The position numbers and the translations under genes are program-made. This document shows positions 53,818 through 61,686 of a stretch of DNA of 64,000 nucleotides, in pieces. The notes beneath the pieces are model-generated. The model made no database searches, had not been told where the DNA came from, and was given only the letters and a program-made list of their open reading frames with translations. Source of the stretch: an uncultured bacterium (lineage in GTDB: Bacteria; Elusimicrobiota; Elusimicrobia; Elusimicrobiales; Elusimicrobiaceae); the NCBI GenBank assembly GCA_949294085.1, contig CASFFX010000006.1:40256-104255 (forward strand). Direction: 5' to 3'. Within the stretch, counting starts at the first letter, position 1. Every line of letters starts with the position of its first letter.

Positions 53818-54516
53818 ATGCCAATGAATAAGAAGAAAAAAGTAACCGTACTGATAGCCGACGATCAAACGCTGTTTCGCGAAGGGATCAAAGACGTACT
53901 GAACGGAGAAAAATGGATTGAGGTGGTGGGCGAAGCTGCCGACGGATTGGAAGCCGTAGCCAAAGCCAAAAAACTCAAGCCGGACGTGGTGCTGATGGAC
54001 ATCAAACTGCCCAAAATGGACGGCATTAACGCCACGCGCCAAATCCGCCAGACGTGCCCGGAAGTAAATGTGCTGATGCTTTCCAGCTTTGAAGACGAAG
54101 CCCACGTGCTGGACGCGATTCAAGCCGGGGCCAACGGGTATTTGTCCAAAATGTTGCCGGCGGCGGAATTGGTAAATTCCATCAAAACGTTTACCAGCGA
54201 AGGGCTGATGATTCCGCAGCAGCTGATGGGCAAACTGCTGCATGGGCTGCGCAAAATGGGGAACAACGGGATGCCTTCGCAGGCTACGCTGACCAAAACC
54301 GAAATTAAAGTAATGGACTTCTTGGGCAAGGGCCTTAGCAATAAGGAATTGGCCAAGGAACTGAACTGCAGCGTCAAAACGATTAAGAACCATTTGAACA
54401 GCGCTTTTCATAAACTGGGCGTAAGCAGTCGCACCGAAGCGGTGGTAAAAGCGATTGAAAAAGGGCTGATTTCGTCTGAAGGGACAATCGTTCCCGACGA
54501 TCACGACGGAGAATAG
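53818..54516 (+). CDS. NarL/LuxR family response regulator
   Basis: LIADDQTLFREG, VLMDIKLP, GANGYLSK, HTH LTKTE..V...GLSNKELA...SVKTIKNHL. Confidence 0.93.
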   Translation: MPMNKKKKVTVLIADDQTLFREGIKDVLNGEKWIEVVGEAADGLEAVAKAKKLKPDVVLMDIKLPKMDGINATRQIRQTCPEVNVLMLSSFEDEAHVLDAIQAGANGYLSKMLPAAELVNSIKTFTSEGLMIPQQLMGKLLHGLRKMGNNGMPSQATLTKTEIKVMDFLGKGLSNKELAKELNCSVKTIKNHLNSAFHKLGVSSRTEAVVKAIEKGLISSEGTIVPDDHDGE

Positions 54517-54520
54517 TTTT

Positions 54521-54697
54521 ATGCACGCAAAAAGGCCGGCGGCCGGGCGCAATGCTCCCACCGCGGGGCAGGCTACCATTGAATATGTGCTGATGCTTGC
54601 CACGATTGTGGTGGTGCTGTCGGCCTTTTTGACGGCTTTTCACACCGATATTGTGCGCTTTTTCTTCACGTTTATCGGGCAGCTGCTTTCTTCGTAA
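54521..54697 (+). CDS. flp: Flp-type pilin (58 aa, absent from ORF track)
   Basis: MHAKRPAAGRNAPTAG|QATIEYVLMLATIVVVLSAFLTAF...; TAA 54695-54697. Confidence 0.72.
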   Translation: MHAKRPAAGRNAPTAGQATIEYVLMLATIVVVLSAFLTAFHTDIVRFFFTFIGQLLSS

Positions 54698-54700
54698 ACT

Positions 54701-55813
54701 ATGCACAGGATGAGGCCTATTTTCCGAAAATTGCAAGACCGACAGGCGCAAGTGTTGCTGCCTGCGGTTTTGTTGGCGCCTATTTTTGTGCTGGTTATCT
54801 ACCTGTTGTTTGAAACGGCCAAAGTGTCCATGACCAAGGTCCGCCAGCAGTTTGCGCTGGACAATGCAGCCTACTCCCAGTTGTCCTCGACGAGTACGTA
54901 CCTCAACGCGGTGGCCATGGTCAACGGGCCGCTGCCTTACCGCGTGATGCTGTATTACAAGGACCAAAAGTTGAACCCTACCGAGGTGGCCGCGGCTTCC
55001 GGCAAACAGCCCATCAGCATTTTTGAGCTTTTTTATCACGGCGGCGGTGTGCCGTCTATTGGGCCGGATTACGATACGGGGATTAATAATCCTCCGCCGG
55101 CGGCTTCGCAGGACTGGGGTCTGCATTATGACCCGAATAACCAGGAATTTCCACGCGGCGATTGGGAAAAAGAACAGCCGCGCGAGCCGGATTCCGAAAC
55201 GTGGGTGCCGGTGATGAGCAAATCGTTGGTCAACGATTATTATTTCCCGGCGCTTCGCTATGGAACGGTGGTGATTCAAAACTATTTGGAAACGTATGTG
55301 CGCACGGGGTCTATTTATGAATCTCAGACGTATGCTTACCAGGCCACCAGCAAAAACGCCATTATGTTCCGCGAGGCATATTATTTGAATACGAACGATT
55401 GTAAAAAGTCGGACTGCGCGCGGCAAAGCGCTTCGCAACTGCAGCGATATCTTACTTTGTCCACCAAACCGTTTGAACTGGATAAAGTGCGGTTTTATGC
55501 GTCCGATTCCGGCTTAAGCGGCGAACACGGCGGTGCTATTAACTTGGATTTGTCGATGGTGGAAATGATTAAAACCAAGCTTTTCCAATTTGCTTATCTG
55601 GATTCCAGCTCCCGCAACAAATTGCGCACGCTGGGGCGCGGCGTCGTGCTTAAACAGCCGTTCAAACTGCCGCGGAACCATTTTAATATCAGTTTGGAAC
55701 AAAAATATAAACCCTATGTGCGCAATACGGCGGTGCTTTCCTGCCCGCGCGGCAGCAACAACTGCGTGTGGCCGGACCCGCTGCCCAAATACAGCGTAAC
55801 GTTGGACCCGTAA
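54701..55813 (+). CDS. TadG-like large minor pilin / tip protein
   Basis: RKLQDRQA|QVLLPAVLLAPIFVLVIYLLFETAKV...QQFALDNAAYS matches the Tad N-terminal motif; large C-terminal globular domain. Confidence 0.65.
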   Translation: MHRMRPIFRKLQDRQAQVLLPAVLLAPIFVLVIYLLFETAKVSMTKVRQQFALDNAAYSQLSSTSTYLNAVAMVNGPLPYRVMLYYKDQKLNPTEVAAASGKQPISIFELFYHGGGVPSIGPDYDTGINNPPPAASQDWGLHYDPNNQEFPRGDWEKEQPREPDSETWVPVMSKSLVNDYYFPALRYGTVVIQNYLETYVRTGSIYESQTYAYQATSKNAIMFREAYYLNTNDCKKSDCARQSASQLQRYLTLSTKPFELDKVRFYASDSGLSGEHGGAINLDLSMVEMIKTKLFQFAYLDSSSRNKLRTLGRGVVLKQPFKLPRNHFNISLEQKYKPYVRNTAVLSCPRGSNNCVWPDPLPKYSVTLDP

Positions 55814-56358
55814 TGATGAGAAAACTGTTTCCTTTTCACTCCAAGCAAGGCCAAGCCACGACGGAAGTCGTGTTGCTGTTCCCGCTGTTTGTCATTTTTA
55901 TTTTGTTTATTATCAAAATTTTCGGGTTGCTGATTTTAAGCCAAAAAATGGAAATTGCCGGCTATTATGCGGCCCGGCGCTTTCAGCTGCAGTCCCACGT
56001 AACGGATTATTATGCCAACACCTGGGATAGGCGCTTTTTGAAAAAGGACATCCAGGAAAAAGTGGAAAGCTACCTGGGGTTTGATAACCCGGGCATGCGC
56101 AAGTTTTTGAATTTAAGTGAATTAAAGATGGATATTCAAACTTCCGGCACGTGGGTAAAAGTGGTGCTGACGGCCCACACCCGCCCGCCGCGGATTCGTT
56201 TTCTGTGCAATTACAACAAGGACCAGGTGTGCGACCGCGACGATAAATGCCTGAAAGGGTACGCCTTCCTGTGCGAGACGGGCGGCCAGGTGGAAGTCAT
56301 CAAATACGTGGGCCATAATGAACGCCCCTCACCTTACCAGCGGCCGGAAGGCACGTAA
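55813..56358 (+). CDS. tadE: TadE/TadF-like pseudopilin
   Basis: HSKQG|QATTEVVLLFPLFVIFILFII...AGYYAARR; ATG overlaps the upstream TAA. Confidence 0.8.
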   Translation: MMRKLFPFHSKQGQATTEVVLLFPLFVIFILFIIKIFGLLILSQKMEIAGYYAARRFQLQSHVTDYYANTWDRRFLKKDIQEKVESYLGFDNPGMRKFLNLSELKMDIQTSGTWVKVVLTAHTRPPRIRFLCNYNKDQVCDRDDKCLKGYAFLCETGGQVEVIKYVGHNERPSPYQRPEGT

Positions 56359-56372
56359 GGGGGGAACTTCTC

Positions 56373-56401
56373 TTGACAAAGGGGTGTTTTCTACCTATAC
56401 T
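56373..56401 (+). promoter_or_regulatory. sigma70-type promoter of the paralog array
   Basis: TTGACA (56373-56378), 17 bp, TATACT (56396-56401). Confidence 0.8.
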
Positions 56402-56494
56402 AACTAATAGAACGAATAGGGAACTCTGTGTTTGAGCGTGCCCCCGGGCACGGGTCAACAAGAGTAGTTTTTATTATTATGTTGAGGGGTTTTT

Positions 56495-58222
56495 ATGTTT
56501 AAGCTGAAACCGGGAAATGTGTTTCAAAAAATCAATAAAATGGACCGCAAGCAAGCCTATACCTTGGGGGCAATTGTGGTGGTGTGCTTTGTGGCTCTGT
56601 TAACGCTGGCTTCGTTTTTGGGCAATGCGGAAGACTCGTCTTTTGAAGATTTTAATACCCGCGGCTACGATTTGGCGCAAATGCCGTTTGTAAACGACGA
56701 GGCGGAGCAGTATTTGCTGGCGTCTAAATATCCGGATATGCAGGGCAATAATTCCACCATGCTCTATTCCGCGGCCGACAAGCAGGCCCGCCAACAGGAA
56801 GATTCCGCCCAAGCGGCCGAAGAAGCCGCCGAAGAAGCAACCGAGGCGGGCGCAACGGACGATACGTATTACGGCGGCGGATACAGCGGGGGCGGTTATA
56901 CGGGCGGCGGTACGCCGCGCGCGCCCACGCAGGTGGGACAGCTGAGCAGTGCCAGCATGAGCCGTTCCGGCGGAAGCGGCGTAAACACTTCGTGGGGGGC
57001 TCCCCGCGGGGATTTTTCGCCGTATAAAAGCCAGGAAAAGGGCTCCGAAATTCCCACTCAAACGCAACTGCGCAATCAGGACGCGCGCCGTGCCTTGGCG
57101 CAGTTTGCGCAAGCCAGCCGTGCGGCGGCCGGATTGAAAGACGGCAAAGGCGCCAACGCCAAAAGAGCGTTGATGGGCGCCAATGTGCGCGGCAGCGAGG
57201 CGTTTACGGACTCCGGCGTGGATTTGAGCAAAACGGCCGGCCTGACGCTGGACACCAATGCCCCGGTTTCCACGGCGGATTTGGGCAATTTGGACAAGGC
57301 CGTGTCGGACGCGGCGGCCGCTGGAAAATCCAATAAAGACAAAGCGCAGGAAAACTACCGCCAAAGCATGGAAGAACGAATCCGCGAGCAGTTGTTTAGC
57401 GGGATGATTAATATGGGGCTGCAGGCGATGGGCAATTTGTTAAACCAGGGGGTCAGCGCGCTGCAGGGAACCATTGCCGGCAATCAGGCCCTGAATAACA
57501 GCTTGGAAAGTTCCGGCGCGCAATTGGCCGATGCCCAACTGACCAACGCCAATAAAGATTTGTTAGTTGCCCAATATGGGCAGGATAAGGTGGACGCGTG
57601 GATGGCCCAAAACCCGAACGGGCGCGTGTGGCAATGCCAGGCCGATTTGTCCGGCTCGGGCACGACGGGCGGAACCATTAGCCCGGTTCCCACCAAGCCG
57701 GAGATGCCCCAGCAGAGCGCGTTTGTTTCCCAATCGGGCTCCAGCAACGAGGGCGGCGTAGTTACCTTGGGCGCGCAGGATCAGGCCCGCTACGACATGG
57801 CGATGGAGGAATACAACCGTCAAAATGAAGCGTATAATGCGTATCAAAACGCTTCGGACGAAGAAAAACTGCAAATCCGCACCGACCGTATGGAGGCCAA
57901 TATCCAGGCGCAGAAGCAGGCCGTTAAATCGTTTAGCGACCAGTATGTGCGGTATCAAAAAGCGCACAAAACGGGCGCGGCGTGGGAAAGCGCCGTGGCC
58001 GCCAAAAACGTGGCGCGGACGGCCTATACGGGCAAATCGGTGATTGATACAACGAAACTTACGACGAAAAAAAATACGTCCTCTGCTCCAACGGGCGGTG
58101 CCTCAACCACGTACAAAACACCCAATGATTTCCATACGCACACGCAGTATGAGGATTACGTAAAAGGCTTGAATGTGGGTGAAAAGGAAGAAAAAAGTTT
58201 GCTTAACATCCAGAGTTTATAG
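56495..58222 (+). CDS. Membrane-anchored low-complexity hypothetical protein (array member 1)
   Basis: N-terminal TM (AYTLGAIVVVCFVALLTLASFL), Gly/Ser/Ala-rich linker, LSSASMSRSGG motif; GAGGGG RBS. Confidence 0.8.
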   Translation: MFKLKPGNVFQKINKMDRKQAYTLGAIVVVCFVALLTLASFLGNAEDSSFEDFNTRGYDLAQMPFVNDEAEQYLLASKYPDMQGNNSTMLYSAADKQARQQEDSAQAAEEAAEEATEAGATDDTYYGGGYSGGGYTGGGTPRAPTQVGQLSSASMSRSGGSGVNTSWGAPRGDFSPYKSQEKGSEIPTQTQLRNQDARRALAQFAQASRAAAGLKDGKGANAKRALMGANVRGSEAFTDSGVDLSKTAGLTLDTNAPVSTADLGNLDKAVSDAAAAGKSNKDKAQENYRQSMEERIREQLFSGMINMGLQAMGNLLNQGVSALQGTIAGNQALNNSLESSGAQLADAQLTNANKDLLVAQYGQDKVDAWMAQNPNGRVWQCQADLSGSGTTGGTISPVPTKPEMPQQSAFVSQSGSSNEGGVVTLGAQDQARYDMAMEEYNRQNEAYNAYQNASDEEKLQIRTDRMEANIQAQKQAVKSFSDQYVRYQKAHKTGAAWESAVAAKNVARTAYTGKSVIDTTKLTTKKNTSSAPTGGASTTYKTPNDFHTHTQYEDYVKGLNVGEKEEKSLLNIQSL

Positions 58223-58245
58223 ATTTTGGTTTTTAGGAGGAATTT

Positions 58246-59832
58246 ATGAAAATTTTGAAGCGGTGGCTGAACCGAAGCGGCAAAATTGCCCTCTCCGCGG
58301 CGCAAGCGGTGGGGCTTTCGGCCGTAGTCGGGGTGGCGGGCATTGCCGCTTGGCAATATCTGGACACTCCTTCCGATAATACGGCTTTCAACCTGGGTTC
58401 CAACTATGACCGGGGGGAAGTGGTGTACGTAACGGGCGCTTCGGGCGGCTCGTACGGCGCCAACGGGGAAGTGCAATCCGCTTTTATGGCAAAGCCCTCT
58501 AAAGCCATAGAAATGACGGAAAAATTTGCTTTGGCTCAAAAACGGGCGGACGAGTACGACGATTCCGTCGTGATCCCCGCACCGGAGCCTTCCAGCCCGC
58601 AGGCCTATCAAATGGGCGGCACCGAAGGGTTAGGCATGGGCGCCAACCGAGCCAACGAAGAAAAATGGAACCAAAATCCGATGGCGGCGGCCCAGCAGAC
58701 CCTGACGGGTGTTACGGACGCCATTGCCCGCGCCCAGCAACAGGCCCAACAGCAAGCCCAGCAACAAAGGGCGGCCCAGGGCCAGGCGGGAGCGGCAGGC
58801 ACATTGGCCAGCGCCCAGCGCGATTGGAGTTCTTCGGCCGCCACGAAAGGACTTTCCGGCGGCGGCGGAAATGCGTTTAATTCCTCTTTCGTAGTGCAGA
58901 ACAGCCAAAAAGGCGGCAAAGGCGCCGCGACGGGAAATGCTCCGTCCGATCCGGCTGCCGTAATGAAACAATTTCAACAGCAGGTGGCTTCCGCCCAGGA
59001 AGGCGCCCGCTTGCGTGCCCGTGCCACATTTGGGGCGGAAAATGAGCTTTTGGCCAGCCGTTCGTCAGAATTGGGCAACGCTCGCACTTCGCGGGAAGGA
59101 AAAGATTTGGAATTTATCCGCAAACGCTCGGCCGATGCCGCCAAAAACAAAAACCGCTCGGCCAACGAAGGCGCCCGTGCCTTTTTGGCCAGCACGAAGG
59201 TATCGGGCGGTATTACGGTAACGGGGGACAATGTTACCACCGGCCAGGGCCAGGCTTCTAAGGATTTTGAATCGGCCACGCAGTCCCAGTTGCGAGGCAT
59301 ACAGTCGTACGTGCAGGGGGATATGGAGGAAGAAGCCCTCACCCGCAAACGCGACAGAGACGCTATCCGTACTTGGATGTGGGTTGCAATTCCGACGGCT
59401 TTGGCGGCGATGGTCTCTATTCCGATTGCCATTGCTTCGGCGGGCTGGTTCTTTGGCGTGGGATACGCCTTGGCGGCCGCTATTGCGGCGGTGGCGTTAG
59501 TCCCGGTCTTGGGGCTGCTGTCTGTTAGTGTTAAGTACGCCAATAACTACGGGGGATCGTCTCTTTCCACGTGGGGTTCTGTCATTGCCGGTATTTTGAC
59601 CGTTGGGCTGGGGCTTGCCTTTATCCCCGGGGCTGGTTTTACCGCCAAGCTGGCTACGTGGGCCCAATTGTTGGTGGGCGGTGCGGCAGCGGGCTTGGGC
59701 GCTGGGGCCGCGTGGTGGGCTACGTCCGCCACGAAGGACGCTACACTGGATCAAGCCGCTTCCTTGAATATTGACAACGGCACCGATACGCAGGGCAAGG
59801 GTGCGTCCGGCAGTCAGGGACAGACGAAATAG
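58246..59832 (+). CDS. Hypothetical protein with prepilin-like N-terminus and hydrophobic C-terminal domain (array member 2)
   Basis: RWLNRSG|KIALSAAQ leader, GLGMGANR, KRSADAAKNKNRSANEGARAFLAS, 3-4 Gly/Ala-rich hydrophobic helices; AGGAGG RBS. Confidence 0.8.
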   Translation: MKILKRWLNRSGKIALSAAQAVGLSAVVGVAGIAAWQYLDTPSDNTAFNLGSNYDRGEVVYVTGASGGSYGANGEVQSAFMAKPSKAIEMTEKFALAQKRADEYDDSVVIPAPEPSSPQAYQMGGTEGLGMGANRANEEKWNQNPMAAAQQTLTGVTDAIARAQQQAQQQAQQQRAAQGQAGAAGTLASAQRDWSSSAATKGLSGGGGNAFNSSFVVQNSQKGGKGAATGNAPSDPAAVMKQFQQQVASAQEGARLRARATFGAENELLASRSSELGNARTSREGKDLEFIRKRSADAAKNKNRSANEGARAFLASTKVSGGITVTGDNVTTGQGQASKDFESATQSQLRGIQSYVQGDMEEEALTRKRDRDAIRTWMWVAIPTALAAMVSIPIAIASAGWFFGVGYALAAAIAAVALVPVLGLLSVSVKYANNYGGSSLSTWGSVIAGILTVGLGLAFIPGAGFTAKLATWAQLLVGGAAAGLGAGAAWWATSATKDATLDQAASLNIDNGTDTQGKGASGSQGQTK

Positions 59833-59840
59833 GAGCTTTT

Positions 59841-60122
59841 ATGGCAGAACAAAAACAACAAACGGCGGCTCCTGTTCAGGTATCCCGTAAAGTAGTGCTG
59901 ATAGCCCGAACAGTTTTGGCCGTGATTGTGGTCATTTGGATAGCGGGAATATTTTATTTTCACTCCCAAATGAAAGCCACGGAACAGGAAATTTTGAAGC
60001 TGCGCCAAAGACGCCAGCAAGAGGAAGAACTCCAGCGGCGGGAAGCTATTTACCGCCGGGCCGCCATGCAGCAAACGGCGGTGCAAAACGGCGTACAGAA
60101 TGCGGTGGACGCGTTGAAGTAA
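59841..60122 (+). CDS. Small single-TM coiled-coil hypothetical protein
   Basis: TM VLAVIVVIWIAGIFYF followed by a charged helix; AGGAG RBS. Confidence 0.7.
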   Translation: MAEQKQQTAAPVQVSRKVVLIARTVLAVIVVIWIAGIFYFHSQMKATEQEILKLRQRRQQEEELQRREAIYRRAAMQQTAVQNGVQNAVDALK

Positions 60123-60141
60123 AAACGCAGGGAGAAAACGT

Positions 60142-61635
60142 ATGAATTGGGTCAAATTATTAAAGAACATATCGGGTAAACTCGTCATGGGCGTTCCCCA
60201 ATTGTTAACCATCGGCGGCGTGGGTATGCTGGCCATTTACGGCGCATACCGCACCGATGACGCTTTGGCCAGCAAGGAACCGCCTGTGCGCACGCTGTCG
60301 GGCATTTCTGCTTCTTCGGCCTATCAGGGCTTGCAGAAAAAAGACGGCTTGCTTACGTCCATTAACATCAAAGATTCCCTCAACCAAATCGCCACGCCGG
60401 AAGAGCGGGCCGCGTTGGACGGCAATTCCCCGTCGGCCGACAACTTTGGCTTGGATAAAGTGGGCAATATTCAAAATGTTTCGTTTGGTGCGGCGGCGGA
60501 AACGTCTCCCACCGACGGTTTGGGCATGGGTGCCAACCGGACGGACATTACGGAAGGGGGCTCTTCTAGCGTACGCGGTGCCGGCAGTCAGCCGGGCGTA
60601 ACGCTGCCGGGCAATTTGGGGCAGGCGGGTGCCGCCGCTTCCGGCTCAACTGCCACGCTGGCGCCGGCTTCTATGGCGCGGGCGTCCGGCAATGCGTTTA
60701 ATGCCGCGGCCGGGGCCATTGGCGGATCGGCTGCCGGCGGAGCCGGTACCCGTTCGGCCGCCAGCAGTGCAGCCGCGGGCGGATCTGCTGCCAGCGGGGA
60801 AGGCTATCAATTTTCGGGCGCGATGCCCAGCGGAAGCAACATGGTGTCTGCCTTTCAGTCTCGGCGTGCCAATTCCACTTTTGTAGCGGGCGGGCGCGAT
60901 TCTTCTTCGGCCCGGGCCAGACGTTCGTTCCGCGAGAAAAATGAGTTAAAAGACATTTCCAAACGCTCGGCCGACGCCGCGCGGAACCAAAATCGTTCCG
61001 CCAACGAAGGCGCCCGCGCTTTTTTGGCCAGCACCCGCAATTCGGGCGGCTTGCGCGTGGAGGGCGGCGTGGAAACGACCAGCACCGGCTCGGCTGATTT
61101 TGAAAATCCGACCAACCAAAAGCTCAAAGCCGTTGGAAGCTGGGTCCAGCAAGAGGACGAGTTTGCCAAGAAACAAGAAAAAGCGCGCAAACGCTTGATG
61201 TGGATGGCGTTGTCGCTCTTTGCATTGACGATTGGCATGATCCCCGCGGTATATCATTTGGTGTCTAAGGGAAAACAAGCGGGTCTGTTTGGATGGACTT
61301 TTGTTGCGTGGGGTATCATCTTGGCTGGTGTAGTGGGTGCTTATGCCGCTACGGTGTTGGGCTTTGCGGTGGATTACCAAACGAAGTATAACGGCAATTT
61401 CTTGCCGATTATGGGCTACCTCCTTTCTGCAGGCTCGATGGTGGCGATGGCGTGGACGGTCCTGTCTGCCTTGAAGTCGGGCGGAACCTCTTCAGAGGCG
61501 CATAAGTTGTTTATGAAGAAATCGGTTGGTGCCGCGAAGAGTGTGGGTATGATGGGCCTGACGACCGGCGGGAAAGAGGCGGTCAATAAATTAATGGAAA
61601 AAGACGCTTCTGCTTCCCAATCTTCTAAGAAATAA
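60142..61635 (+). CDS. Paralog of 58246-59832 (array member 3)
   Basis: LLKNISG|KLVMGVPQ leader, GLGMGANR, KRSADAARNQNRSANEGARAFLAS, divergent hydrophobic C-terminus. Confidence 0.8.
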   Translation: MNWVKLLKNISGKLVMGVPQLLTIGGVGMLAIYGAYRTDDALASKEPPVRTLSGISASSAYQGLQKKDGLLTSINIKDSLNQIATPEERAALDGNSPSADNFGLDKVGNIQNVSFGAAAETSPTDGLGMGANRTDITEGGSSSVRGAGSQPGVTLPGNLGQAGAAASGSTATLAPASMARASGNAFNAAAGAIGGSAAGGAGTRSAASSAAAGGSAASGEGYQFSGAMPSGSNMVSAFQSRRANSTFVAGGRDSSSARARRSFREKNELKDISKRSADAARNQNRSANEGARAFLASTRNSGGLRVEGGVETTSTGSADFENPTNQKLKAVGSWVQQEDEFAKKQEKARKRLMWMALSLFALTIGMIPAVYHLVSKGKQAGLFGWTFVAWGIILAGVVGAYAATVLGFAVDYQTKYNGNFLPIMGYLLSAGSMVAMAWTVLSALKSGGTSSEAHKLFMKKSVGAAKSVGMMGLTTGGKEAVNKLMEKDASASQSSKK

Positions 61636-61644
61636 TTGAATATG

Positions 61645-61678
61645 CGGAAGGAACGCCTGCGGGCGTTCCTTCCGTTTG
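61645..61678 (+). terminator. Perfect 13-bp hairpin, probable terminator
   Basis: CGGAAGGAACGCC-TGCG-GGCGTTCCTTCCG followed by TTTG. Confidence 0.7.
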
Positions 61679-61686
61679 TGTGAAAA

